59,683 nucleotides of DNA from Octopus bimaculoides (taxonomy: Eukaryota). The position numbers were made by a program, and so were the translations under genes. The notes beneath the pieces were generated by a model that was not told where the DNA came from, made no database searches, and worked only from the letters and a program-made list of their open reading frames with translations. The stretch lies in the NCBI RefSeq assembly GCF_001194135.2, contig NC_068987.1, positions 59,461,750 to 59,521,432 on the forward strand, written 5' to 3'. The stretch's first letter is position 1, and the number at the start of each line of letters is the position of its first letter. Positions 39,283 through 51,951 of this stretch are shown in pieces.

Positions 39283-40182
39283 CTAAGGGTAGTTATTTAT
39301 GATAATTCGTCTTTGGTCACTATCAGAAACCTCTGGTATGGTAGCCAGAGATAATGTATCATTTGATGAATGTTCGACAGCGGCTAACAAAAATTCATCA
39401 ACAGTTCTTTCAGTACATTCAGCAATGAAGCGTATGAACGGTCGAATATCGCCTTCATTTGCCATTTCTAATGTTTCATAATACCGATAACGATCTTCGA
39501 CTTTGATTGACACTGGAGGAAAGCCAGCTTGCATAAGTATGAGATTCATGAGAAGTCTGGATGTCCTGCCATTTCCATCATAAAACGGATGAATAGTGAC
39601 TAATTTATAGTGAGCAAGAGCTGCATATTCAATTGGGTGAATTTTGGAAACTTCTTCAGAATTCAACCATAAAATAAATTCCTTCATAAGTTCTGGTAGT
39701 TCTTTTGAAGGAGGCGGCTTAAAATGACCAACATAGACTTGTGAGCGCCGAAGACGACCACCTTCTGTAGGATCAACAAAGCCAAGCACTCGCTTGTGAA
39801 TCTCCAGAATGTCATCTAGATTTATGTTTCCAGCCTTACCTAACAAACTATTGTTCATAAACCCTAAGGCTGCATCAATACCAATAACTTCATTTTGTTC
39901 ATGCAGACTCTTGCCTCCGATTGCCATCCGTGTTTCAATAATTGCCCGAGTCTGTTCGAGAGTCAGTGTATTTCCTTCTATTGCATTTGTATGATAAATA
40001 TGAAGATAATAAGTTTCTTTTTTGGCACGTCTTATCCCAGGATGGTTGGAAGGAATTTTATACAATCTATCTCGCTTTTTGTCAATCCGATTGAAACAAG
40101 TCTGATCAATTTCTTCAACAATTGGCATTGTCCTCTTGCAGTTTATTACAGCTTTGCTGTGAGTAGGTCTCAATATCAAAGC
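39283..40182 (-). CDS. FICD: FICD coding exon 3 (linker, inhibitory helix, Fic catalytic domain, stop)
   Basis: Acceptor gtttttag|GCT (phase 0). Contains TNAIEG (inhibitory S/TxxxEG), GKSLHEQNE (dimer-interface Leu), an N-N-S sequon at the position of human N-T-T, and [12 protein letters not shown] (Fic motif). Confidence 0.97.
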   Translation of the reverse strand, partial: ALILRPTHSKAVINCKRTMPIVEEIDQTCFNRIDKKRDRLYKIPSNHPGIRRAKKETYYLHIYHTNAIEGNTLTLEQTRAIIETRMAIGGKSLHEQNEVIGIDAALGFMNNSLLGKAGNINLDDILEIHKRVLGFVDPTEGGRLRRSQVYVGHFKPPPSKELPELMKEFILWLNSEEVSKIHPIEYAALAHYKLVTIHPFYDGNGRTSRLLMNLILMQAGFPPVSIKVEDRYRYYETLEMANEGDIRPFIRFIAECTERTVDEFLLAAVEHSSNDTLSLATIPEVSDSDQRRIIINNYP

Positions 40183-40397
40183 CTAAAAACAATAGAAAAA
40201 ATAAAAGTATTGTAGATTATGTGAAGCATTGTCATAAAGAAGTAAAATAGTGAAAACAGAAAATTTTTTACATACAAGAAAAAGTTTAGTAATTTTTATA
40301 TTTTTGGCACAAAGGTCCATCATCTGAAGTAAACAATCAAATGTTAAAAAAATGATATTGAACAATAGTTATAAAAAGAATAGCAAATGTTCCTTAA

Positions 40398-40616
40398 CCC
40401 TTTAGTATTCAGATTACTCTGTCATATGTAATGATTATTTATTCACATCAATTGAACTAGTCAGACATTATCCTGTAACTTCAAGATTTTGATGATATGA
40501 TAGTATTTCTTTGAGAATTGTACCACAAGGCAGGTGTAAGAGGCTGGATCTGGCTGGTTTGAGCATAAAAGAAGTAGAATATTCAGGCCAGATATGGCTG
40601 TTTAAATGCTAAAGGG
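40398..40616. mobile_element. piggyBac-type MITE family 1 (FICD intron 2)
   Basis: TTAA|CCCTTTAG...CTAAAGGG|TTAA; TTAA at 40394-97 and 40617-20. Confidence 0.85.
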
Positions 40617-40633
40617 TTAAATAAGTGACTTAC

Positions 40634-40830
40634 TTTGCTGTAGAGATGATTGGCAAGAACAATATCTTTCTCGTGTTTTTCTATGAACTCTCCGTATTCA
40701 TTCAAGATATCGGCATGCAGAGGATCCAGAGCAATAGCATGTTGAAACAGTTTTAGGGCTTTTTCATTTTTGCCTTGGGCATACATATCCATAGCAAGAT
40801 TCAAGGCTGTTAAAGCTTCTTTTTTAACCT
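40634..40830 (-). CDS. FICD: FICD coding exon 2 (TPR region)
   Basis: Acceptor ttttgtgttaatag|AG, donor AAA|gtaagt. EVKKEALTALNLAMDMYAQGKNEKALKLFQHAIALDPLHADILNEYGEF aligns by eye with human FICD [35 protein letters not shown]. Confidence 0.93.
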
Positions 40831-41251
40831 CTATTAACACAAAAAAAAAAATCAAGCTTAGAAAAAGAACAATATATATTTGACAACATATATGTTTTCT
40901 ATCAAAAAATGTTTGTTAATTTTAGTAGCTTTCAACCTGATAGATAATTTAGGAGTGAGTGGTGAAACCTTATAAATATATAATTGGGACTAGAAATTAT
41001 AGAACTTGACAGATGATTAGATAAAAATTGTATCTAAATATGATCAGTAGACACACAGAAGGCAGATAAAACATTGCAATGAAACTCAGAGAAATGAACA
41101 TAGATAAAAAGCAAAAAAGTAGAAAATCACTGCTTAACACAATCTTACAAATTTATCTCCATGTCAAAAACCAATAGAATGTTCCTTGAAAATTTGGATA
41201 TACTTTGCTGGGAAAAACATTTTCCTTCCCACAATGACAATTAAGAAATTG

Positions 41252-41640
41252 CTTGGCTGTTTGGTAAGAAGCTTGCTTCCCAGTCACATGGTTCTGAGTT
41301 CAGTCTCACTGCACCTTGGGCAAGTGTCTTCTGCTATAGCTTCAGGCTGACCAAAATTTTCAAAGTGAATCTGGTAGACAGAAACTGAAGGAAGCCCATT
41401 GCGTGTGTGTGTGTGTGTGTGCATGTGTGTATGTGTGTCTGTATTCATCCCCTGCCCACTGCTTGATAACTAGTGATGGTGTGTTCACATTCCTGTAACT
41501 TAGTGGTTCAGTGAAAGAGATCCAATAAAATAAGTACCAGGCTTAAAAAAAAAAAAATAAGTACTGGGGTTAATTCATTTGACTAAAAATTATTCAAGAT
41601 GGTACCCCAGCATGGCCATAGTCTAAAGACTGAAACAAAT
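41252..41640 (+). mobile_element. SINE family B (CpG-decayed), FICD intron 1
   Basis: Colinear with 31727-32377; most CpGs have become TpG/CpA. Confidence 0.85.
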
Positions 41641-42325
41641 TAAAAAATTATGGAAATATTTCCATTAAACCTCTCAATAATAATCTTGATTGGATTTTAC
41701 TCACCATTGCATTTCAATAGAATAAAGATCTCTTACCCTCATGGTGTCAGATGATCAACAGCTAGTTATTCTGATGAACTAATAATTAGTTACCACCATA
41801 ATTCAGTTAGTAAACGAACACTTGTTACTATTTCACATCCCCATGGTATTTTGACAAACCTTCCCATTGGATATGTTTTCTTTATAGCTGTTTCTGTACT
41901 CGGTGGCACATGCATGTGTATGCAAGTACATAGGAAAACATTCCCTCTCACAACATATGTGCTTATCACAAAGAAAGAAAAATCAAGGCAGCAATTAAAC
42001 TACAACTCATGTTACAATAAAGGCTACTAAAATAATACATAATATGCAAAGATAACGATGGTGCCATTTAACCTTAAGAGAAATTAAAATTTTATCAGAG
42101 ATAAGGAAAAACAAAATGCACACCCGAGTCTCCTGAAGAATAAAAAATTACCACTTATTTAATATAGGAAGTATTAATGTAGCAAAGTCCAAAATACAGC
42201 TCTGTGGCCAGTTGTTCAGCATTTGTATACATCAACAGTTAACCAGAGTCAATGAGACATTAATAATTTTTTAGACTACAAGTAATGATCATGAATTGTA
42301 TACATTAATGATGTGTAGGTATACC

Positions 42326-42709
42326 TCTTTTACTCTCTCTTTTACTTGTTTCAGTCAATTGACTGCGGCCATGCTGGAGCACCGCCTTTAGTCGAGCAAA
42401 TCGACCCCAGGACTTATTCTTTGTAAGCCTAGTACTTATTCTATCAGTCTCTTTTTGCCAAACCACTAAGTTATGGGGACGTAAACACACCAGCATCGGT
42501 TGTCAAGCGATGGTGACGGGACAAACACAAACACACATACATATATACGATGGGCTTCTTTCAGTTTCCGTCTACCAAATCCACTCATAAGGCTTTGGTC
42601 GGCCTGAGGCTATAGTAGAAGACACTTGCCCAAGGTGCCATGCAGTGGGACTGAACCTGGAACCATATGGTTCGTAAGCAAGCTACTTACCACACAGCAA
42701 CTCCTGTGC
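42326..42709 (-). mobile_element. SINE family B, FICD intron 1
   Basis: Reverse complement of the family consensus. Further minus copies at 43268-43713 (split by a gap) and 45880-46138. Confidence 0.9.
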
Positions 42710-43018
42710 TATGTGGTATTTCATTATGCAAACACAATATATTATAAGGTATACTAAATGTTTTCATTAGTCAGTACCACATTCTAGTGTGTCAGCAGTG
42801 CTCTAACATTATTTTGTAGAAATAACCTTAAAAAAATAATGTAGACTTATGAATACATTTAGTATACCTTATAGTATATTGCTTGCATAATAAAGTATCA
42901 CATACCGACAAAACTTTAATGCTTACATACCAGCCCTAGGAATGCCTCTAATATGTAAATTGGTATATCCAATAACTTAACACCGCTGTATGCGGTGGCT
43001 ATATAAGCACTGTGTTCA

Positions 43019-43104
43019 GAGGCAATAGTGGGTTAGATGAGTGCTGAAGAAGGGGCCTCGACCCCTGAAATATGGCATATACACTCATTACCCACTTTTG
43101 TCTT
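43019..43104 (+). ncRNA. Type I hammerhead ribozyme motif
   Basis: Stem I ATGAGTG(43037-43)/CACTCAT(43082-88); core CTGAAGA(43044-50); stem II AGGGG-cctcga-CCCCT; GAAA(43067-70); stem III ATAT-ggc-ATAT; AUA triplet ending 43081. Stem I continues past a TAG/T internal loop for about 15 bp with one mismatch. Confidence 0.8.
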
Positions 43105-45320
43105 CGATCACGTTGTCTGTTTACATCTAACATCTCAATACGAAACATAGCAAAAGTCAGTGTTGGTTATAAGTTCTATAGAATATCTGTAGAAATAACC
43201 TTAACAAAATTATATGTATAGTTCATATATATACATATAAATTATATACAAACATATATTCTTTTTTTTTTCTTCTTTTACTTGTTTCAGTCATTTGACT
43301 GTGGCCATGCTGGAGCACCGCCTTTAGTCGAGCAAATCGACCCCAGGACTTATTCTTTAGAAGCCTAGTACTTATTCTATCGGTCTCTTTTTGCCGAACC
43401 ACTAAGTTAAGGGGACGTTAACGCACCACCATTGGTTGTCAAGCGATGTTGGGGGGGGNNNNNNNNNNGTTGGTTATAAGTTCTATAGAATATCTGTAGA
43501 AATAACCTTAACAAAATTATATGTATAGTTCATATATATACATATATACGACGGGCTTCTTTCAGTTTCTGTCTTACCAAATCCACTCACAAGGCTTTGG
43601 TCGGCCCGAGGCTATAGTAGAAGACACTTGTCCAAGGTGCCACGTAGTGGGAATGAACCCGGAACCATGTGGTTGGTAAGCAAACTATTTACCACACAGC
43701 CACACCTGCACCTATATATACATATAAATTAACCAATGCTAGTGAATGTATAGCATAAAGAAAATATCTAAATCTCCCCCTAATTTACAACTTACTGACT
43801 TGAAAAGTTAAGGACACATTTGATATTGCAACCATTGAAGGGTTGGTCATCATTCAAGCACCTTTAATCATTAATCTTTTCAGTTAGTGCTGACATGGGA
43901 TCAAATAACCAACTACTCAGCTGTCTTGAAATTGAATAGTGTAGTCTGAGATGCATTAGGACTGAAAAGAAGAAAGAAAATAAAAACCCAAGACAGGACG
44001 GTTATAATTGATATGACTTTAATGGTATATTTTCTCAATCAACTTTGACCTAGAACTAAGCAACAATGCACACACTTTATAAATAAAAGATTAATATCTT
44101 CCTAACATTACCACCGCTGAATGTCTTGAAACCTTAATACGCTCAGTCATGAGCTAATGAATGTGTATAATATACAAAAGTTATAGTTTATAAAGAAAAA
44201 ATAATAAATGAATAAAAAGCTAAGATAAGTAAAAAATTCGAAGTGTACAGATGTAATTCTGAATTTTACATCATCATCATTTGGCATGAAAATGGGAAAT
44301 CAGCCATAGAAGCCATGCCAAATCAGATTGGAACCTGGTGCAGCTCTCCAGCTTACCAGTTTCAGTCAAACCATCTAACCCATGGCAACATGGAAAGCAG
44401 ATGCTAAATGATGAAATATAAATGATGATGATGATGATATATATATATATATATATATATATAATGTGTGAAACATCTGAATCCAAAAAGGAAAATTTTA
44501 AATAAACAAAAATAACAAACAACTGAAAAATAATCAATTATGTGGAGAGAACGGGGAAAGCAACACTAGAGTCAAAACATGAAATTACTCTTTGAACATC
44601 TTATCATCATCATTGTTTAATGTCCACCTTCTTTGCATGCATGGGTAGGATGGTTGAGAGGAGCTGGCCAGGTAGAAAAACTACCCTAGGTTACTCTGTT
44701 ATGGCAGGAATTTTACGGTTGGATACTCTTAACACCAACCACTCTGTAGAGTGGACTCAGTGCTTTTACGTGGTACTGGCACAGGTGAGGCTAGTTTTGA
44801 CATGATTTTTACAGCTGGATGCTTTTAATGTGGCACCAGCACTGACAGGGTAACCAAGTAACTTGCAAGACAAGGAATTACGAGGGGCAGTGGCATTTGA
44901 GGAGGGGAATTTGTGTCAGAGGGTGAAAGGTTAGAGTGTGACAGAGACAGAGAGACAGAAGCAGGTGTCTTGCCACAACAGAGAGGGCATGAGAGGAGGT
45001 GATCCAGTATCAAATAAAGAAAGGTTAGAGTGTAGGTTAGGCTGTTGTACTCACAATCGCTAGATCATGGGTTTGATTCCCAGACAGGGTGGCACATTGT
45101 GTTCTTGAGCAAAACACTTTATCTCATGTTGCTCCAGTCCACTTTCAATGAAGGGGAAGTGTTGGCCTGCTTGCCTAGCCAGCGGGGTGGCATCATTTGA
45201 TGGCTAAAGCAATGCAAAGCGTATTGTGACCAGTAACATGTAACAGCATCCGATTAGTCTGGTCAGTCACATGATCATATAACCTAAACCCAATTCAAAA
45301 ATATTTGTTTCACCCTGACC

Positions 45321-45864
45321 TAACCTTTTAGCATTTAAACTGACCATTTCTGGCCCCCAAAATTCTACCTGTCCTATGTTCATACTGGTTGGGTCTGACA
45401 TCTCACACCTACGCTATAATGTCATTCAAAAAATAAACAATCATATTGCCAAAATCTCAATGCTATGAGATAATGCATGATCAATTCAAAACAATGTACA
45501 TAAGTTAATATAATCTGATTGTTAAAGGATTGAATAATAATGAATTGCAATCTTCCTGTTTTCAGCAGTAAAGTTTAGGATATTTCCGTTCTTGCTGAAA
45601 AAAGTGTTTTCATTATCTGTCAGAATATGAGGAATGTTGTTCATTGTGCATATTAACCCTTTAGCATTCAAATTATTTTGTCAAATGTAATGCTTATTTA
45701 TTCACTTTGTTTTGGATTAATCATGCATTATCTCATAGCTTTGAGATTTCAATGATGTGATTGTTTATTTTCAGAGTAGGTGTTAGAGGTCAGATTTTGG
45801 CCAGTTTGGACATAGAACTGGTAGAAAGTTTTGGCTGGATATAGCTTGTTTAAATGCTAAAGGG
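45321..45864. mobile_element. Two family-1 TTAA MITEs in inverted orientation (45321-45531 and 45657-45864)
   Basis: Same body as 40398-40616; the first copy is reverse-complemented. Further copies at 46932-47100 and 25423-25591. Confidence 0.75.
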
Positions 45865-46406
45865 CTTAAATGCTGAAGGACATAAACAAACAACCATTGC
45901 TTGTCAAGCAGTGGCGGGGAACAAACACAGACATAAAGACACACACATACATGCTATAAAGACATATATATATATATATATATGACGGGGCTTTTTCAGT
46001 TTCCATCTACCAGATCCACTTACAAGGCTTTAGTCAGCCTAAGGCTATAGTAGAAGACATTTGCCCAAGGTGCTACACAGTGGGATTGAACCAGGCACCA
46101 TGTGGTTAGGAAGCTAACTTCTTACCACACAACCATGCAGGTATATATTTTCCTTAAACTACCTCCTACTTAATACCATCAACCACCTGACTGCATCACA
46201 TATTCACAAGATAACCCTCGTTATCATTTAATGTACAAAATAATCTAGTAGTTTATCTCATTCACTTTATTATAGCCTCTAACAACTAGTATTTAGTGTC
46301 AAGTAATGTCAACAAATTATAGTTTCAAAGTTAAGAAAAGTTCAGAAAACATGGGCAAAATTTACATCTATAGATCAAGTTATAAAATGAGGAGAGAATT
46401 ATTTAA

Positions 46407-46598
46407 CCCTTTTGATTGCAATCTGCCTGAGACTACTCCTGGTTTTATGATATCTTCTGATCTAAAATCTAAACTAAAATCTTCCATCAAAATTTCATGT
46501 TAGTTCATACTTTAAAGTTATTTTATTAAAATCATTATTTGAAAAGGTAACTGAAATAAAGACAGGGCTATTTCAATAGGTATATAATAATAAAAGGC
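46407..46598. mobile_element. TTAA MITE family 2
   Basis: TTAA|CCCTTT...AAAAGGC|TTAA with an internal sequence different from family 1. Confidence 0.55.
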
Positions 46599-48160
46599 TT
46601 AAGAGTCAACTATTTTTATTTTAATTTCAGGGTCCACAAAGAATAATGAAGCCACAGCTAAAAATTCCAGGATGACAAAAGTTTGAGAAAATGTCATGTA
46701 TGAGAGACCATACTAGCATAGAAAAGTGAGATTAAATTACTGGTGAGGATAATGCACATATCATACTACCCACTTTGCAATTCCATAATGCTTAAAATTA
46801 CATTGACATCTGCAAATTGATAATGAGCTTAAACACCAAGTCTTAAAAGAATTATGATAAATGAAAGAAATGAAGCTATATAAGTCTTATTAGCAGGACC
46901 ATCACTGGGAAACATTTATAATAAAATTTAACCCTTTAGCATTCACATTATTTTGAATAAATCATGTATTATTTCATAGTTACAAAACTTCGATGATTTT
47001 TAGAATGATGCTGTAGGTGTGAGATATTAGATCAGGTCAATTTGAATATAAAAGAGGCTGACTATTTTGGCTGGATATGACTGGTTTAAATGCTAAAGAG
47101 TTAAACCAAAATATACATAGGATACATAAAAGAATGTATATAAGGTTCAGAAGATATATACTCTTCAATCCTAATAAATCTTTACAGTTGTTGCCTACTT
47201 CCCCTCTCACTTATCTCCATCTCTAGACATTCTTTGTAAACTCCCATCCACTCACATAGTTTCTCTGTCTTCACTCACATTCACTCACCTTTAATCTAGA
47301 GGAACAGCCAGGGACACTTCATCACCACTATTTATATTTATCTCTTTAAAACTTCTACAGAGCATTCTTGTTCTCTCTTCTAAATGTGAATAGCCATGTG
47401 GTTCCTCTACAAAAAAAACCTGCTTGCCCCCATTCACTTCATACTTTTACCCCCACCCCACCTCGCATCTCCTAGTATAAAAGCTGCCCTCCCCACCTCC
47501 GCAGTGAGTTAGAATAAACGTCACAAAGAATTCCACCTGATGCACTAATTTTGCCACATCATTAGCTTTTCTACATTATCACATTAATCTCCAATGGTGA
47601 CACATGAAGGCCAAACAAAGAAGAAGAATATAATCAATGAAATCAATACACTATTAACTTTAAAAAAAAAGAAGAAAGGCTAAATTCATTAAGATTATAG
47701 AGCCATATATATATAAATACACACAAATGCAAGCATGGGAAATTGGCCATTAAAATGATGATGATAATAAATATATGTGTGTCTGTATACACAAGGAATG
47801 CTGAAATGTTCCTAGCTTTGGGTAAATGAAAATAGAGGCGGATCAGTTAACTATATCTCTGTGTAATATATTCCCCTCTCAGATTCACACACTTATTGCA
47901 GAAGCCCTTCGGTTCTTCTAAGCTCTGTAAAAGATCTCAGAATGTTGGGCTTCCAACCAGGCCTTTCGCAATACCCTTAAAGCCAGGAACTTTTCAGTAC
48001 CCCCTCGTCTGTAATATATATATATACACACACATACAGGAAGACATATAGATATTTCACACTAATATACCAATATATTCACTTTAAAATCATTGATACT
48101 GATGCAACTGTTACATGCACACACACTCACATGCAAATATGTGTGCGTGCACATGAACAC

Positions 48161-48200
<40 letters not shown>

Positions 48201-48203
48201 GTG

Positions 48204-48237
<34 letters not shown>

Positions 48238-48241
48238 GCTA

Positions 48242-48303
<62 letters not shown>

Positions 48304-49568
48304 TGTCTGTCTGTCTATCTATCTATCTCTATATATAAATAGATAAGGTTAGCAACTTTTGGAGAGGCAAGCTTCCAAAGTGGAAATGTGTTTTAGGCCA
48401 AGGTGAATAAAAAAAAGGCATATTTATTCAAGGTTATAGAAACAGCTTATTTTAATTAAACACTCTAGCATTTATTCATCATAGAGAAGTATATGTTTAC
48501 AGGACCTTCTATGTATTATCAATCAATGAAAAATATGAAATTCTATTTTTTTCCAGGAAGAGGAAGTAGTGTTGAAACACTGTAAGTTGTTGTGGTTCAC
48601 ATTTGTAGGTTCTGTAATCAAAACTGACTACCTGGCAATCAGTCAACACTAACTCCTATGTGGATATCACATACTACATGTTTGTAAATGTTTTACACGG
48701 ATACATATGTATAATTACATGTGTGTGTGTGTGCATGTACATGTTTTGATGAGTTGGCATGTTATTGTTCCAGTTGTGAACACACTCAACACAGTATTGT
48801 AACTATGGAATTAAAATGAAAACAAAAGAAGGAGCGAGTGTGGCCATGAAAACTATAAGCCCATAGCCAACCTAAACATTATGTACAACTGTTCACAACT
48901 AGCTGAACCAATTCATCATCATCATCATTTTAACATCCACTTTTCTCAACTTGCATAGGTTGGAACTTGCATGGGCCAGAAGGAGTGATGGAGTCTGTTA
49001 AAGCAGATTTCTTTTTAAGGCCAGATGCCCTTCCTGTCTCCAAGTAAGGGAACATTTTACCCATGTTTTCATGGAAGACTGGAAACAACCAGCATTGCTT
49101 GTACACAGTAACACTTGTTTTATGACCATCGTGCCATGTCAAGACACACACACACACACACACACAAGAGGCTTCTTTCAGTTTCTATCAACCAAAGCTA
49201 CTTACAAGGCTTTAACCAGCCCTGGAATTTTCAGCTATTTGATCAAGCAATCCTAATGATCCAAAGCTTTTTAACTGTGACTGTCCAATATAGAGATTTC
49301 TTCCTTTTTGTCAGGAATATTGTAAGTCTAAAAATATATTCACTGGTGAACAGGAAAGTGGAAATAAATAAAGTTGGCTATCTGAAGTAGGAAAACATTA
49401 TAGAAACCTTGTGACAGTATGGATTGATTACACAACGGCATTTGATTCTATCCCCCCTGCTCATGTTTACTAAACTCACTACAGATGTGATCTACAATCC
49501 TCATACTTTTAACTGTAAAAGTGGAATGATTGGGATGCTCAACTGATCAACAGAAGAAATCTACTCCA

Positions 49569-50735
49569 TCTTATATATTAAAAGGCAAGTTGTCTGTGTG
49601 TGTGTGTTGTGTGAACTACTTCTACAATTTTCAACCGAATTTCACCAAATTTGACATGTGTACTCTCTTTGACTAAGGACGCTTTTTCTTATAAATTTTT
49701 CCTTGAAATTCCTTGCCCTCCAACATAAATAGACTACTCTCAGTTCACCTCGGATTTGGCTTGAGCCAACGAAACAACGTGACACACACCTAACTGGAAA
49801 ACATCAATACTTTACTTAGTCAGCTGTGGTGAGCTCTTATCGACTGCTTGCACAGTACTGCCAGCAGTATTCATTTATGAGTTAAGATTTGCCTATTTTC
49901 ACATGAGCGCTCTTTATCATATAATTATTCCAACTTAAACTAGCCACTTCAAAACTCTTATCCAAAATTAAAAATCCTTAATTCGGTCTGTTTGATTAAC
50001 ATTTTTGCCAACTACATTTTACTATTTTTTGGGTGCTAAACATTCACTGCTTTTTCTTTAGGACATTTTCTATTGCGTAAACTGATAATTTTCCACCATG
50101 CCTCGATGCAAAAGAACCAATATAAGTTGGCAAGCAAATGCTGCAGAGAAAATTAAACGTATGTGCGCAAATGAATCTGCCAAGGACGCCACCAGGAGGA
50201 ACTCTCTCAATGCACTTAGTATAGCTTCAGTGTGAAGAAGGGAAAGTGAAGAGCAGCATTGTGATTGGTTAGCATGTATTGCTACGCAACAAGCCACCCA
50301 GAGCAATGGACAATGTTCAGCATGCTGAACAAGAAATGCTTCCTCTGCTGCTGCAGCACAACGCGCAGTTTGACTAACAAGAAATGTTTCCTCAACTGCT
50401 GTTTCACAAGCTGCAGAGTCTGCAGTACAATGCGCAGATCAACTTACAAGAGATGTTGCAGCAACTGCTGCTGTGCATGCTACGGAGACTACAGGGGAAA
50501 GACATCAGATGTTGCTCTATGCGGCAAACAGGAAAACATCAGGTAACCATACCCTTGTCACCTTATTTATTTCATTAGCATAATCTTCACAGTATGCTCT
50601 CTGTTAAGTGCCCCACTTGTGAGGTAGGCAACAGATACTACACTTTTCATCTTTTTTGCACAAGCCACACATAAAATTTTTTGTTCAGATAATGTTGTAT
50701 GTACAACCCAGCGAAACAGCAGGTAAACATACTAT
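49569..50735 (+). mobile_element. Degenerate Helitron with RepHel N-terminal remnant
   Basis: 5' A|TCTTATATATTAAAAGGCAAGTTGTCTGTGTG..CAACCGAATTTCACCAAATTTG, typical of invertebrate Helitrons. Decayed ORF from 50098. Decayed 3' hairpin plus CTAT|T at 50706-50736. Confidence 0.6.
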
Positions 50736-51951
50736 TTCTCTTTATGTCATATCTTTAGGCTCAACCTTTCCATCTGCTAAATAGCACATGTCAGCAGTTA
50801 TGTAGTAAGGAAAATAAACTCAATTACTGCCAGTTTTTCACAGATTGATCTACTGTCCCAATGGAAAACAATGGCAACGGTGTAGGTGTATGACTCTGCA
50901 TGTTCACTATTGCACTAAATAAATCAAACAACATAGGGAACCTCTGCCATTATGATTTCTTTCATTCAGTTCAGAGGTCCATCCATGAATGGTCTAATAA
51001 CCAAACAGGCATACTTAACAAACAGCTCCAGGCAACACCAGGTACGCCTGCTAGTATACATTAAAACCTGCACGATCCTGACATTAGCTGCAAACTTCGA
51101 CAGAAACAGTGACGTCAAGACTCAATCTCAGAAGTTGATCAGTGCCAATAGCTTTTTAAGTGTCATATGGTATCATTCATCAGGTGACATCTGCTCAACA
51201 GCAGCAGAACTAAATACATCAACGAAATGCTCACAAGTGAAGTGAATAGCACTCAATTGCTGATGACCTTGCATGTGAATCCAGAAGTATAAGACTAACA
51301 TACTTCAACAAAGCAATCTCATACCATAAAAAAGGTTATGCATGAGAATGTCTTCTACAAACTTGAGGTGGATGATATTGGTTTCAAATTTTGGCACTTC
51401 GGGGGAGGGGATAAGTCAATGACATCGATCCAAGAGTTCAACGTTCAACTGATACTTATTTTATTGAGTCCAAAAAGATGAAAGGTAAAGTTGATCTCAG
51501 CAGACGAAATGCCATGAAACATTTTATCTGGCATGTTTGTGAATCTGCCAGCTCGCCACCTTGAGATGGATGATAATATTAATATGAAGTGTAGCTTGTC
51601 TTCATATCGCATCACATTTCAGAGATTATGCTTGGAAAAATTAAAATTTTCAAATAAATAAAGAGACCAGCGGACACACACTTTAGAAATACAGTCTATA
51701 AATGGAAAAGCGAAATTATATAAGATTCTTCTATGTTCAACAGGTAACACATCGTTGTTATTTACCAGTGATACAGTTTTGCTTTAGTATTATTTATTTA
51801 TTGTTCAGAAACCAGTTCTTTCACACAAGGAAAAATTATAGTAAAATAGAATAAAGACACATACAAACAGGAATTACATTCAAATGTGTAAGTGTGCATG
51901 ATGTTTACATTATTTACATTTGACGGATATTTGTCCTCATCTTGTTTGTTA

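Noticed and set aside
39283-40179. Bacterial Fic toxin or horizontal transfer
   Set aside because: The gene has GT-AG introns, an N-terminal TM and TPRs, and matches metazoan FICD throughout.
40583-40855. ORF-track ends of FICD exon 2 (MIFFFVLI... and ...VSHLFNPLAFKQPYLA)
   Set aside because: Intronic read-through; the C-terminal part is MITE sequence.
43469-43547. Exact ~80-bp duplicate of 43162-43238 splitting a SINE
   Set aside because: It starts immediately after a 10-N gap, so it is most likely a scaffolding overlap artefact.
50265-50578. Cys-rich 93-aa ORF resembling a toxin or metallothionein
   Set aside because: Off-frame reading of a CpG-decayed Helitron repeat region.
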